From positions 8,200 through 72,199 of the forward strand of contig DBTS01000006.1 in the NCBI GenBank assembly GCA_002307175.1: a stretch of 64,000 nucleotides of DNA, read 5' to 3'. Below the pieces are notes generated by a model. The model worked only from the letters and a program-made list of their open reading frames with translations. It had not been told where the DNA came from and made no database searches. Position numbers and translations under genes: made by a program. The DNA is from Rhodocyclaceae bacterium UBA1310 (GTDB lineage Bacteria; Pseudomonadota; Gammaproteobacteria; Burkholderiales; Rhodocyclaceae). Positions 49,616 to 58,807 of the stretch are shown here, in pieces; positions within the stretch are counted from its first letter, which is position 1; the number at the start of each line of letters is the position of its first letter.

Positions 49616-51511
49616 ATGAGCAGTGCCATTGCCGACGGCAGCATTCTGGATACCGCCATCGATTTCGTCAGCGAACGTGTCACCAACATCAATTCCACCG
49701 TCAGCGAATACAGTGGCAAATTGCAGCTTGCGCTCGATGAGCTGGCCACCATCCAGGTGGCGGACGTTGCCGCCCCCGCAGACCTGCCAGCAGCCACAAC
49801 AGCAGAGCCGGTGTTCGATCTGAGTGATCCACCCGCCTATGCCGACAGCACGCTGACGATGCCCACCGTCCCCACGGCAATCGATATCGACAGCCTGCTC
49901 AGTGATCTCGACATCGCCGATATGGATGCGCTGCCCGATGCGCCGGCCACCGTCACGCTCACGCTGCCGGATGCCCCCAGCATGGGCACGCACACCGCAC
50001 CAAGCCGGCCTGATGTTGACACCGCTCTGAGCTACCCGGCTTCCCCCGATCTGGCCATGCCCACGATGGACACGCTCAGCGCCATCACGCTGCCGGATTT
50101 CGTCTACCCCGAGTTCCCGGATTTCACCGATCAGCCGCCGGTGGCTGCGCTCACCGTGCCCGAGCCCTTCATCAACTGGGCCGAGCCGCAGTATCAATCC
50201 GAAATGCTCGATGCGCTGCAGGCCCAGGTGCGCGAGATGATGGCGGGCTCCACCGGCATGCCGCGTGCTGTTGAAGACGCGCTCTTTGCCCGCGCCCGTG
50301 AGCGGGATTCTGCAGAAACCAATCGCGCCGTGCAGGAGGCTGTCGATACCTTTGCCTCGCGTGGCTTCTCGATGCCCCCCGGCATGCTCGCCAAGCAGAT
50401 CAACGTGGTGCGCGAGCAGGGCCGCCTCAAGGCTGCCGAAACCAACCGCGACATCCTAACCCAGGCCGCGCAGTGGCAGATCGATGCGATCCGCTTCGCC
50501 GTGCAGCAGGGCCTCGCGCTTGAACAGCTCACCACCAACCTCTACAGCAACATGGTGGGCCGCCTCTTCGAAGTTGCCAAGTACCAGGCTGAAAGCCAGC
50601 TCAATGTCTTCAACGCCCAGGTATCTCTGTTCAATGCCCAGAGCCAGGCTTTCGCCAACCTCGTACAGGTTTATAAAACTAAGGTAGACGCTGCCAACGC
50701 CAAGCTCCAGGCCTACAAGACAGCTATCGATGCGCAGGTTGCCATCGGCCAGCTCAACGCCCAGAAAGTCGATATCTACAAAGCCCGCCTTGGCGCCGTG
50801 CAGACCAGCGTGGATCTCTTCCGCGCGCAGATGGAAGCCGTCAAGGTGCGTGCCGATGTCATTGCCACGCAGTTCCAGGTCTACCGCACCGAAGTGGATG
50901 CCTACGCACAGGAAATCGGCGCCGAAAAGCTCAAGTTCGATGCCTACAGCGCCCAGGTGCAGGGCGAAACTGCCAAGGCCAATCTGCTTGATGCCCAGGC
51001 CCGCGTCTACGCCACCACCATCCAGGGCCTCTCCAGCAAGGCCGATATCCGCGCCAAAGGCGCCCAGCTTCGCATGGATGCCGCCAAAACCAGGGTGCAG
51101 AAATACCTCGCCGATCTCGATGCCTACAAAGCCGAGATGCAGGCATCGCTCCAGCAGGTGCAATACGGCGTGCAGGTCTTCCAGGCCAAGGTCGAAGCCT
51201 GGAAAGCCACCGCCACCGCCGACATCTCCGCCGCCGAAGCCCAGAGCCGGTATGCCGACATGCAGACGCGCACCAACATCTCCTACGCCGAAATGCAGAT
51301 CCACGAGTACCAGGCCAACATCCAGAAAGCCATCCAGCAGGCCCAGGTCACCCTCGAAGCCGCCAAGGCCATGGGTTCCTACTGCGCCCAGCTCGCCGCC
51401 GGGGCAATGTCGGCCATGCATGTATCGGCTGGGGTGTCGGGCAGTGGGTCAGCCAACTCGCAGGACAGCACCAGCACCTCCACGCAGACCAGCTACAGCT
51501 ATTCCTATTGA
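49616..51511 (+). CDS. Phage coiled-coil virion protein
   Basis: Pro-rich N-terminal half, ASRGFSMPPG motif, long heptad region. Confidence 0.75.
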   Translation: MSSAIADGSILDTAIDFVSERVTNINSTVSEYSGKLQLALDELATIQVADVAAPADLPAATTAEPVFDLSDPPAYADSTLTMPTVPTAIDIDSLLSDLDIADMDALPDAPATVTLTLPDAPSMGTHTAPSRPDVDTALSYPASPDLAMPTMDTLSAITLPDFVYPEFPDFTDQPPVAALTVPEPFINWAEPQYQSEMLDALQAQVREMMAGSTGMPRAVEDALFARARERDSAETNRAVQEAVDTFASRGFSMPPGMLAKQINVVREQGRLKAAETNRDILTQAAQWQIDAIRFAVQQGLALEQLTTNLYSNMVGRLFEVAKYQAESQLNVFNAQVSLFNAQSQAFANLVQVYKTKVDAANAKLQAYKTAIDAQVAIGQLNAQKVDIYKARLGAVQTSVDLFRAQMEAVKVRADVIATQFQVYRTEVDAYAQEIGAEKLKFDAYSAQVQGETAKANLLDAQARVYATTIQGLSSKADIRAKGAQLRMDAAKTRVQKYLADLDAYKAEMQASLQQVQYGVQVFQAKVEAWKATATADISAAEAQSRYADMQTRTNISYAEMQIHEYQANIQKAIQQAQVTLEAAKAMGSYCAQLAAGAMSAMHVSAGVSGSGSANSQDSTSTSTQTSYSYSY

Positions 51512-51552
51512 CCCCTCTGGGGTTTTGCAGGCATGCAGCCTGCGCGCAATAT
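51512..51552 (+). promoter_or_regulatory. Phage-module promoter motif, copy 3
   Basis: CCCCTCTGGGGTT (11/13 match) followed by TTGCAG-N16-CAATAT. Confidence 0.5.
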
Positions 51553-51583
51553 CCAATCAGCACTATCAACAGGAGCCGTTATT

Positions 51584-52729
51584 ATGTCTTATGGATTTCG
51601 AGCAGGTGGCAACACCAAGGTTCGGCGCCAGCCGAAGATGAACGACGACATCATCTCGGCCCTGCGCCGCTCCATGGCAGGCGATGATCCTCAATCCATG
51701 CCCCGGCAGCGCGGCAGCATGCCTCGCACCGGCCTGCCGGCAGAGCTCGGTCACCGTATGCCGGTGAACCTCTCGAATGGAGAATTCGAGTTTACGCCCG
51801 AACAGATATATGCCATTGGGTTGCATGCTCTGGCCGCCATGCGTCATGGTAATAGGCCTGGGTTTGCGGATGGGAATGCTCCACAGCAGGGTTTGGGAGC
51901 CCAGGCTCTGGATTGGGTAAAACAGAATGTCAGTCCGCTCGCTGGCGCCGGGAAGACCGGCTATGCAGTTGGTACCGGCCTTAACGACATGTTTCAAGGG
52001 GATTTCAAAAAGGGGGCAGGCGAGATAGCTGCTCAGGTTCCCGGAGCCCTTTCGCAATTCGCGCCGGATCTTGCAAAGAAGGTCAATCCGGTTCTTGGTG
52101 CAGGGCAGATGGGATACAACGTCGGCAATGGCCTCAATGACGTGTTCCATGGTGATATTGCCAAAGGAGCCAAAGAGATTGCAGGGCAGATTCCCTCCGC
52201 TGTTTCAATGTTCGCCCCAAGCTTGTCCAAACCGCTACATTCATTAATGGATGCCGGGAAGGTCGGGATGGGGGTTGGAAACGGCCTTAACGATATGCTT
52301 CATGGCGATGTAGCGAAAGGAGCTCAGGAAGTGATTGGCCAGATGCCTAGTGCCCTCTCAACATTTTCACCCGCTCTTGCTGCCAAAGCCGCAAGTATGA
52401 CGAAGTTGGGGATTAATCCTGTAAGTGCTGCGACGGCAGGCATGCAGGCTGCAGTTCAAGGGCTTCAGGATTCAAAAAATGGTTATCTGGATCACCTCCA
52501 GAATACATTTGGGACGCACTCTCTGGCAGGTGAGTTAGGCGTAAATGCACTGAATACATTGTCTCATCTTGGTAATAATTTGACTGGTGGTTATGCCGAA
52601 AGAATCGGTAACGGCATTGATGCTCTGGCTACCGGGCGAAAGTGGTCTGAAGGCTTCAATGAACAGGCGGATCGCGACAAATTCCTGGCCGAACAAAAAG
52701 CCAAACAGGCTGGTGCAGGGGCGCAGTAG
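51584..52729 (+). CDS. Putative internal virion/ejection protein A, with 3 internal repeats
   Basis: MSYGFRA start, VNLSNGEFEFTPEQ, RPGFADG; three repeats of GxxVGxGLNDxxxGDxxKGAxE. Confidence 0.6.
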   Translation: MSYGFRAGGNTKVRRQPKMNDDIISALRRSMAGDDPQSMPRQRGSMPRTGLPAELGHRMPVNLSNGEFEFTPEQIYAIGLHALAAMRHGNRPGFADGNAPQQGLGAQALDWVKQNVSPLAGAGKTGYAVGTGLNDMFQGDFKKGAGEIAAQVPGALSQFAPDLAKKVNPVLGAGQMGYNVGNGLNDVFHGDIAKGAKEIAGQIPSAVSMFAPSLSKPLHSLMDAGKVGMGVGNGLNDMLHGDVAKGAQEVIGQMPSALSTFSPALAAKAASMTKLGINPVSAATAGMQAAVQGLQDSKNGYLDHLQNTFGTHSLAGELGVNALNTLSHLGNNLTGGYAERIGNGIDALATGRKWSEGFNEQADRDKFLAEQKAKQAGAGAQ

Positions 52730-52866
52730 TGCAGGCAGTCATCCCGGTACGTTTTTGCGCCAGCGTGGTGTCAAGCGTACCTCTGTTCGATGCCGGGTAT
52801 TGTCAGTGGCAGAACTGTTGATATAGTCAGAATTGTAGCCAAAATGCGGCTGGAGGGAGGTGGGAT

Positions 52867-53958
52867 ATGTCTTATGGATTTCGTGCGCATCGTCAAAACC
52901 ATAATAAAGCAGGTGCCGAGAGCGGGGTCGGGAAGGTGCACGCTTCCCACTCTTTCTTGCCCGCTCAAGAAATGAACATGAATTGTCAGCATGTGGCCCC
53001 CGGTTTCAAGGACGGCGGACTGATCCGTGGCCCGGGCTCCGGCATTTCAGATTCCATTCCACGTGACATGCGCAAGGGCAGCTTTATCATGCCTGCGGAC
53101 TCCACGGCTTTCTTCGGCGTGCAGGAACTTTCCCGTCTTGGCCGACATGTGCCAGGCATGGGGAATCATGCAGATTATCAGCTCACCCCCGAGCAGGTCT
53201 ACACCGTTGGTTGGAACGTGCTCGATGCCATGCGTAATAGCACCCACACACCAGCCGTCCTGCAGGCTATGTTGGGGCGCCATCGCAATGGCCGGCCCGG
53301 ATTTGACAATGGCTCTCAGATCAATCCCTTGCAATCGGCCACGCCGGACAGTGGCAGTACTGTTCCGACTGCGGGCGGCAATCCCGGCCTGGGCACCAAT
53401 ACGATCAATGTTAGTTCGCAAAGGCCGGAAGGTTCGTACGCGTCGGGCACGCAGGCGTCCATGACCCCAGGCGAAGGCCGTGATGTTGTCCGCAATGGCA
53501 ACAATTACTGGGGCGGCAATGTTTCCGGCTCTGTCACCATCAATGGGCAGGCGCCTTCCAATGGTACTTTCAGCTCCGTGCCGGGTGGCTCAGGCGCTAC
53601 GCCGCTGGGCCAGCCCAGCTATGCCAGCGCACCCGCGATAGCTGTTCCCAGCGGGGGAAGTGGTGGCAGCATCGCCAATCCGGCAAATGGCAGTGCCGCC
53701 AGCCAGGCACTCGCGGCAGCAAGCCGGGCCTACGCTGGTTCGCCGAATGGTCAGCTCACCGCCAATCAGTTGCATACGCTGCAGGGGCTGGCTACCAATG
53801 ACATGCAGGAACGCAATGCGCAGATGGCCAACGCTACTGCGCAGAATAATGCCGCACTGCAGGCCGGAACCGAGATGGCAAGGCTGAATGCCACCAACCA
53901 GCAGTTCCAGCAGGGGCTTGCCGCCAATGCGCAGATGCGGAACTATCAGAATAGGTGA
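52867..53958 (+). CDS. Putative internal virion/ejection protein B
   Basis: MSYGFRA start, GFKDGGLIRGPGSGISDSI, QLTPEQV, RPGFDNG; Gly/Gln-rich. Confidence 0.6.
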   Translation: MSYGFRAHRQNHNKAGAESGVGKVHASHSFLPAQEMNMNCQHVAPGFKDGGLIRGPGSGISDSIPRDMRKGSFIMPADSTAFFGVQELSRLGRHVPGMGNHADYQLTPEQVYTVGWNVLDAMRNSTHTPAVLQAMLGRHRNGRPGFDNGSQINPLQSATPDSGSTVPTAGGNPGLGTNTINVSSQRPEGSYASGTQASMTPGEGRDVVRNGNNYWGGNVSGSVTINGQAPSNGTFSSVPGGSGATPLGQPSYASAPAIAVPSGGSGGSIANPANGSAASQALAAASRAYAGSPNGQLTANQLHTLQGLATNDMQERNAQMANATAQNNAALQAGTEMARLNATNQQFQQGLAANAQMRNYQNR

Positions 53959-54040
53959 GCATCGCAGGTAAGCATCGCTGCAACGGTCGGTATGGGAAAC
54001 CATGCCGGCCGCCTCCATGCGCGAGCTCATTTTCCTTCTT

Positions 54041-54327
54041 GGCTCATCCGACTTTAGTGTGGGTTAATGTTTGGCATGTCGATCCGGGTTTGCGCCCTCC
54101 GGGCGGAGGCTTGACCGGCGCAATTCCGCTACGCTTCATTGTTCCGCTTCGCGCGCCCTACGCAAACCGGCACGATGGGCCAATGGCGTAGGTTGGGAAA
54201 GCCGCAGGCGTCTCCCAACGTTTTGTTGCGCCGCATTGTGCCCTTTCACGCGTGGGTTTTCCATTTCGTTCCCTGCGCTGTGATACGCGAGAGCGTACTA
54301 CCCACCTACATGAAAGTCTGAAGGACC
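54041..54327 (+). mobile_element. ISL3-like MITE (287 bp) with 8-bp target-site duplication, carrying REP hairpins
   Basis: TIRs GGCTCATCCGACTTT / AAAGTCTGAAGGACC; TCCTTCTT at 54033-54040 and again at 54328-54335. Confidence 0.85.
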
Positions 54328-54818
54328 TCCTTCTTTATCCGAAGCATTCCTGTCGAGTCTTCCTCTTGTAGCCAGTTTCAGGTAGCCCAAGCACTCTCCG
54401 TTCTCCGAAAAGCCACACTTTCATCTTGGTTTACGGGGTTTTACATCTATGGGTAGCCATCGCCAGGGTGTTGTACTTTGGCATCACTTCCCGATTATTT
54501 AGAAATTTGCCGCATTTGCTGTGCAGCGAGGCTGCGCGCCGTTTTGCCGGAGGTACCCCGTTTTTCGTGCCAGATTTTCGTGACAATTGGTCGTTCGGTA
54601 GCGGGCTGCCTGGTGCATAATGCCGCTCGTTTACAAAAAAAGACCGGCTGTCTGGTGGGGCGCCCGGCAGTCGAGACGCAGTAGCGGCTTTTTTCAGGGG
54701 GTCAGGCAAGAGCGGATCAGGGAAATTTGTGTCCCTGGTATCGTTTTGTCGGTATTCTCCTCTGGAGGTCGCGCTGGTCGAGGCGGGTTTTCGGCTTTGC
54801 TGACTGGGGATACGGGGA

Positions 54819-55298
54819 ATGGATCGCAGGATTGAAGCCTTGCTGGAAAAGGTGGCGGGTACACCGGAATTTCAGCATGTCCGGTTCAACGGAATCGGAA
54901 CGGTTAATGCGCTGGGCGATAACGCCCTGCATGTAGCAGTGCGCTGGGGCGATCTCGAAGGCGTGCAGATCCTTGTTGAAGGCGGTATCGACGTCAACAA
55001 GCATGGCGAGCATGGGTATACGCCGCTGCATGTTGCCAGTGAGTCTGGCCGCGCTGAAATCGTTGAGTATCTGCTTGAGCACGGCGCTGATCCCTTTGCG
55101 CGTACCGAGGGCGATCTGCCTTTCACGCTTGCCAAGGCCAAAGGGTGTGCTGCCGTGTGCGATCTTATCAACGAGCATCTGAAACGGCGCAACAAGAGTG
55201 TGGCACGTGCCCGCTCTGGCGAGCCACTGTCTGCCCTTAATCGCAAAATCGAAGAACTCCAGGCCTTTATTGATAAACACAGCGAGAAGTCTGCTTAG
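54819..55298 (+). CDS. Ankyrin repeat protein
   Basis: GDNALHVAV, GYTPLHVA..G..EIVEYLLEHGAD. Confidence 0.92.
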   Translation: MDRRIEALLEKVAGTPEFQHVRFNGIGTVNALGDNALHVAVRWGDLEGVQILVEGGIDVNKHGEHGYTPLHVASESGRAEIVEYLLEHGADPFARTEGDLPFTLAKAKGCAAVCDLINEHLKRRNKSVARARSGEPLSALNRKIEELQAFIDKHSEKSA

Positions 55299-55408
55299 GT
55301 GCATAGACGGGTGCTTGAACAGGTGCGTATGCCGGCATGCGCGTTCTGCCGCAATTCACACAGCAACGATCCACGCAGCAACATTTCTGCAACGCTCGAA
55401 AGGTAGCC

Positions 55409-56041
55409 ATGGGCGCAATACAAAATGAAGCAAAGCGGTTCTGGCCAGACCTTGCTGAAGACCAGCACATTCAAGCCCGTGGCGCCGCCCAGCCACATCC
55501 GGAGCGCCTCCATTTGAGCCGGCGCCCCCGCAGTAAAGGCCTTGCCACCACCTTCATCCAGGTCATTGAAACCTGCTGGAGCAATCAACAGCGCGGTGGC
55601 TCGCAGGCCGCAGTCCGTAACGCCGTTCCCATGATCTTCCGCACCCCCGTGGGAGACCCTGCCGCGCCGGTGCTGCTGCATCGTGCCCTGTGCAGCGAAG
55701 CCGATGGCTTCTCCCCGCAGGTGGACGCCGAAGTACAGCGCCTCAGCGCCGAGCTTGCCGCTCAGTACCGTGTCGCCGTGCATCCTGAAGCGCATGGCGT
55801 GCGCGTCGAATTCTTCGGTGAACCCGCTGGCGCAGCATCCGCCACCGCCAGCGACAGCGTGGTGCTCAGCCCCGGCATGTGGCTGCGCATCGTCGCCAAC
55901 CGCCGCGTTGCAGTGGCGGATACCTGCACCTACCACCGCTTCGTCTACAACATCGCCCACTGCGAACCCGCCGACGTTAACAGCCTCTTCGCCGGCAGCG
56001 CCCCGGTGCTCTGCATCAATCGTGAAACCCGCTTGCTGTGA
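55409..56041 (+). CDS. Hypothetical protein
   Basis: Long ORF with strongly C-ending codons; start uncertain. Confidence 0.6.
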   Translation: MGAIQNEAKRFWPDLAEDQHIQARGAAQPHPERLHLSRRPRSKGLATTFIQVIETCWSNQQRGGSQAAVRNAVPMIFRTPVGDPAAPVLLHRALCSEADGFSPQVDAEVQRLSAELAAQYRVAVHPEAHGVRVEFFGEPAGAASATASDSVVLSPGMWLRIVANRRVAVADTCTYHRFVYNIAHCEPADVNSLFAGSAPVLCINRETRLL

Positions 56042-56156
56042 GCTAGGTGGCCAAAGTGTGTTAATGGCGTTGTTATACTGTGGCAAATAAAGCCCCTTGT
56101 GCCGAAGGCGCTACGTTTTTCTACTGGGCGGTACATCGGCAACCCATGCCCGACGC

Positions 56157-56310
56157 GTAGGGTGGCAAAGCGAACAATGAGCGCAGCGAATTGCACCTTC
56201 CGCGTGCTTTTCTGATCGCGAGGTATACGCGTTCGGTGCAATTGGCATGCCCACCGGTTTGCGTAAGGCGCTGCAGGGAACAATGCAGCGCAGCGTAACT
56301 GCGCCGGTCA
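56157..56310 (+). repeat. REP cluster
   Basis: GTAGGGTGGCAAAGCGAACAATGAGCGCAGCGAATTGCACC at 56157-56197, plus degenerate copies to about 56310. Confidence 0.8.
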
Positions 56311-56457
56311 CGCTCAATAATCCAACTCCCTTCATGGCGTCTTCGGCAGAGCTGGGGCATGTTGCACCGATTGCGGAATACAAAGTCGGCGGCGCTGCAA
56401 CCCATGGCGCCGGTACTGGTACGATGAAGGGTTCAGATCTCCGGTTGTCCATGATCC

Positions 56458-56940
56458 ATGCAAATTCGCCCCTATCGCCGCGGTGAAGAGGATGCATTAC
56501 ATGCAGTCTTCTACTCATCCGTGCATGAAATTGCCGCACGCCAATACACGCCCAGCCAGATTGAAGCCTGGGCGCCTTGCGCAGTTGACGCCGCGCTGTG
56601 GCAAAAACGTATCCAGTCGATCTCCCCGTATGTGGTCGAGGTTGGCGGTCAGATTGCGGCTTATGGCGATCTGCAGGCGCATGGCTATATTGATCATTTT
56701 TTCGTTGCTGGCCGTTTCGGGCGCCAAGGCGTTGGCACTGCGCTGATGCAGTTTCTGCTGGCGCAGGCCAGCCGGCAGGGCATTGCCGAAATCACTTCCG
56801 ATGTCAGTCTCGCTGCCCAGGCATTTTTCGAGAGCTTTGGATTCCGCTACGTTGAGCACAAAGTTGTCACCATTCGCGGCGTCGAGTTGGCCAACGCGCT
56901 GATGGCCCGCTCTTCAGGCGGGCAATCGTCCGGCAGTTGA
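56458..56940 (+). CDS. GNAT acetyltransferase (YafP-like)
   Basis: YTPSQIEAWA, GYIDHFFV, RQGVGTAL, AQAFFESFGF. Confidence 0.9.
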   Translation: MQIRPYRRGEEDALHAVFYSSVHEIAARQYTPSQIEAWAPCAVDAALWQKRIQSISPYVVEVGGQIAAYGDLQAHGYIDHFFVAGRFGRQGVGTALMQFLLAQASRQGIAEITSDVSLAAQAFFESFGFRYVEHKVVTIRGVELANALMARSSGGQSSGS

Positions 56941-57057
56941 TGTCGATCTTCATCGCGGCATGGCGGGATACATGCAGGGGTGTAGTGAGTATTGGCCTCC
57001 TTAAAGGCAAATCCGGTAATTGAGTTCGGTTTTGCCGAGTTGTGTATAATCAGCGTC

Positions 57058-57126
57058 GGGTGTCTACGGCATCTATCTGTTGCATCAGTTGTGTCGTAGA
57101 CAGGGTTTTGTGTCGGTCGGGCCGCC
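57058..57126 (+). ncRNA. nhaA-I RNA motif (Li+-I riboswitch candidate)
   Basis: GGG-TGTCTACGGCA...TGTCGTAGACA hairpin, then GGGTTTTGTGTCGGTCGGGCCGCC; starts about 7 nt after TATAAT (57045-57050); upstream of a Na+/H+ antiporter. Confidence 0.8.
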
Positions 57127-57357
57127 GCACACTGATGAAACCCTGTGCCTGATGAATCTGATGAGCCCTCAAAGCGTCTCTTTGTTGCGCGATCTGCGCG
57201 ACCGCCTGTCTTTCCCAAAATTTTCCCATTTTCTTCCCCGCCTCTTCATGCCTTGGCCGGCCTGGTGCTGCCCGGTATTGGGGGTGCAGATGTGGTTGAT
57301 GCTGGATAGATATTTCCTTGCCCAATGTGAAGAGGCCTGCGTTCCGGCGGGAGAAGT

Positions 57358-58665
57358 ATGATGTTTCTTGCGAATTTCAATATGCTCACGGCGCTTGTGG
57401 TGATTTTTGCTATCAGTTATGCGCTGATTGCATTGGAACATCCGCTCAATATCAACAAGTCGGCATCAGCGTTGATTGGCGCCGGTCTGTTGTGGACAGT
57501 CTATGCGCTGTCTGTCGGTGATGCGCCCAGAGTCGGCGCAGAGCTTGGTGAATCGCTCGTCAGCACGGCCCAGATTGTGTTTTTCCTGATGGGGGCGATG
57601 GCGATTGTCGAGCTTATCGATGCGCACAACGGGTTTGATGTCATCACATCGCGGATCAGAACTTCCAGGCTCCCGGTGCTGATGTGGCAAGTGGGGTTTG
57701 CCACGTTCTTTCTCAGTGCCATTCTGGATAACCTGACGACAACTATCGTGATGGTTTCACTGATGCGCAAGTTGTTGGCGAAGCGCGAGGACAGGCTGTT
57801 CTTCGCCGGTATCATCGTGATTTGCGCCAATGCAGGCGGGGCATGGTCACCCATTGGCGATGTCACCACCACGATGCTCTGGATCGGGGGGCAGATTACC
57901 AGTGCGGCGATCATCAAGGCTGTGTTGCTGCCCTCGCTGGCAAGCATGCTGGTGCCTTTGGCGATTACCGCCTATCTGCTGCGTGGCAGAGAGCTTGTTG
58001 CGCCAGAGCAGGATTCTGGTGAGTCCGTCACGCAGGCAGGTCATTTTGAGCGGAATCTGATCTTTTTCCTGGGGCTGGGTATTCTGGTTGCCGTACCAAT
58101 ATTCAAGACGCTTACCCACCTGCCGCCGTTCATGGGAATTCTGTTCGGCTTGGGCATTCTGTGGCTGGTGGGCGATCTGGTTCATCGCAATCTGGATGAA
58201 GAGCTTAGGCGACCACTCACCCTGACATATGCCCTCAGCCGCATTGATATGAGTTCGCTCGTGTTCTTTATCGGGATATTGCTCTCTGTGGCGACGCTGG
58301 AGCACGCGCATATTCTGACTGGTTTGGCGCAATGGCTGGATCGTGTCGTGGGGCGGCAAGACATCATTGTTCTCACCATCGGGCTTGCGAGCGCAATCGT
58401 GGATAACGTCCCTCTGGTGGCAGCGTCGATGGGGATGTACAGCCTGACCCAGTATCCGCCAGACCACTTCCTGTGGGAATTCATGGCGTACTGCGCAGGT
58501 ACTGGCGGCTCCATTCTTATCATCGGCTCCGCCGCCGGTGTTGCGGCGATGGGTCTGGAGAAGATCCAGTTCTTCTGGTACCTCAGAAAAATTGGCTGGC
58601 TGGCGCTGTCAGGGTATTTTGCAGGGGTTGGGGTATATCTTGTTCAGTACTGGCTGCTGCATTGA
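57358..58665 (+). CDS. nhaD: Na+/H+ antiporter NhaD
   Basis: EH...INKS, FFLMGAM.IVELIDAH, SAILDNLTTT, NAGGAWSPIGDVTT, SAIVDNVPLVAA, GTGGSILIIGSAAGV. Confidence 0.95.
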   Translation: MMFLANFNMLTALVVIFAISYALIALEHPLNINKSASALIGAGLLWTVYALSVGDAPRVGAELGESLVSTAQIVFFLMGAMAIVELIDAHNGFDVITSRIRTSRLPVLMWQVGFATFFLSAILDNLTTTIVMVSLMRKLLAKREDRLFFAGIIVICANAGGAWSPIGDVTTTMLWIGGQITSAAIIKAVLLPSLASMLVPLAITAYLLRGRELVAPEQDSGESVTQAGHFERNLIFFLGLGILVAVPIFKTLTHLPPFMGILFGLGILWLVGDLVHRNLDEELRRPLTLTYALSRIDMSSLVFFIGILLSVATLEHAHILTGLAQWLDRVVGRQDIIVLTIGLASAIVDNVPLVAASMGMYSLTQYPPDHFLWEFMAYCAGTGGSILIIGSAAGVAAMGLEKIQFFWYLRKIGWLALSGYFAGVGVYLVQYWLLH

Positions 58666-58807
58666 GTGATTGCACAGTACTTACTGGAAATATTCAAAAC
58701 AGCAAGGTACGTTCGGTCCGTTGGGTGTCGAAGTGAAGAATGAGTTGCACTTCCCGCATCCTCAGTACCCGCATTTCCAGATCGTTGTGCAGGATGCATA
58801 AACAGTG

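Noticed and set aside
27535-54327. Composite transposon moving the phage block
   Set aside because: The right MITE has its own 8-bp duplication (independent insertion), and the outer flanks of the pair do not match.
57128-57175. Fluoride riboswitch (CTGATGA)
   Set aside because: Lacks the 5' GATGG..TCGCC stem; the upstream element fits nhaA-I instead.
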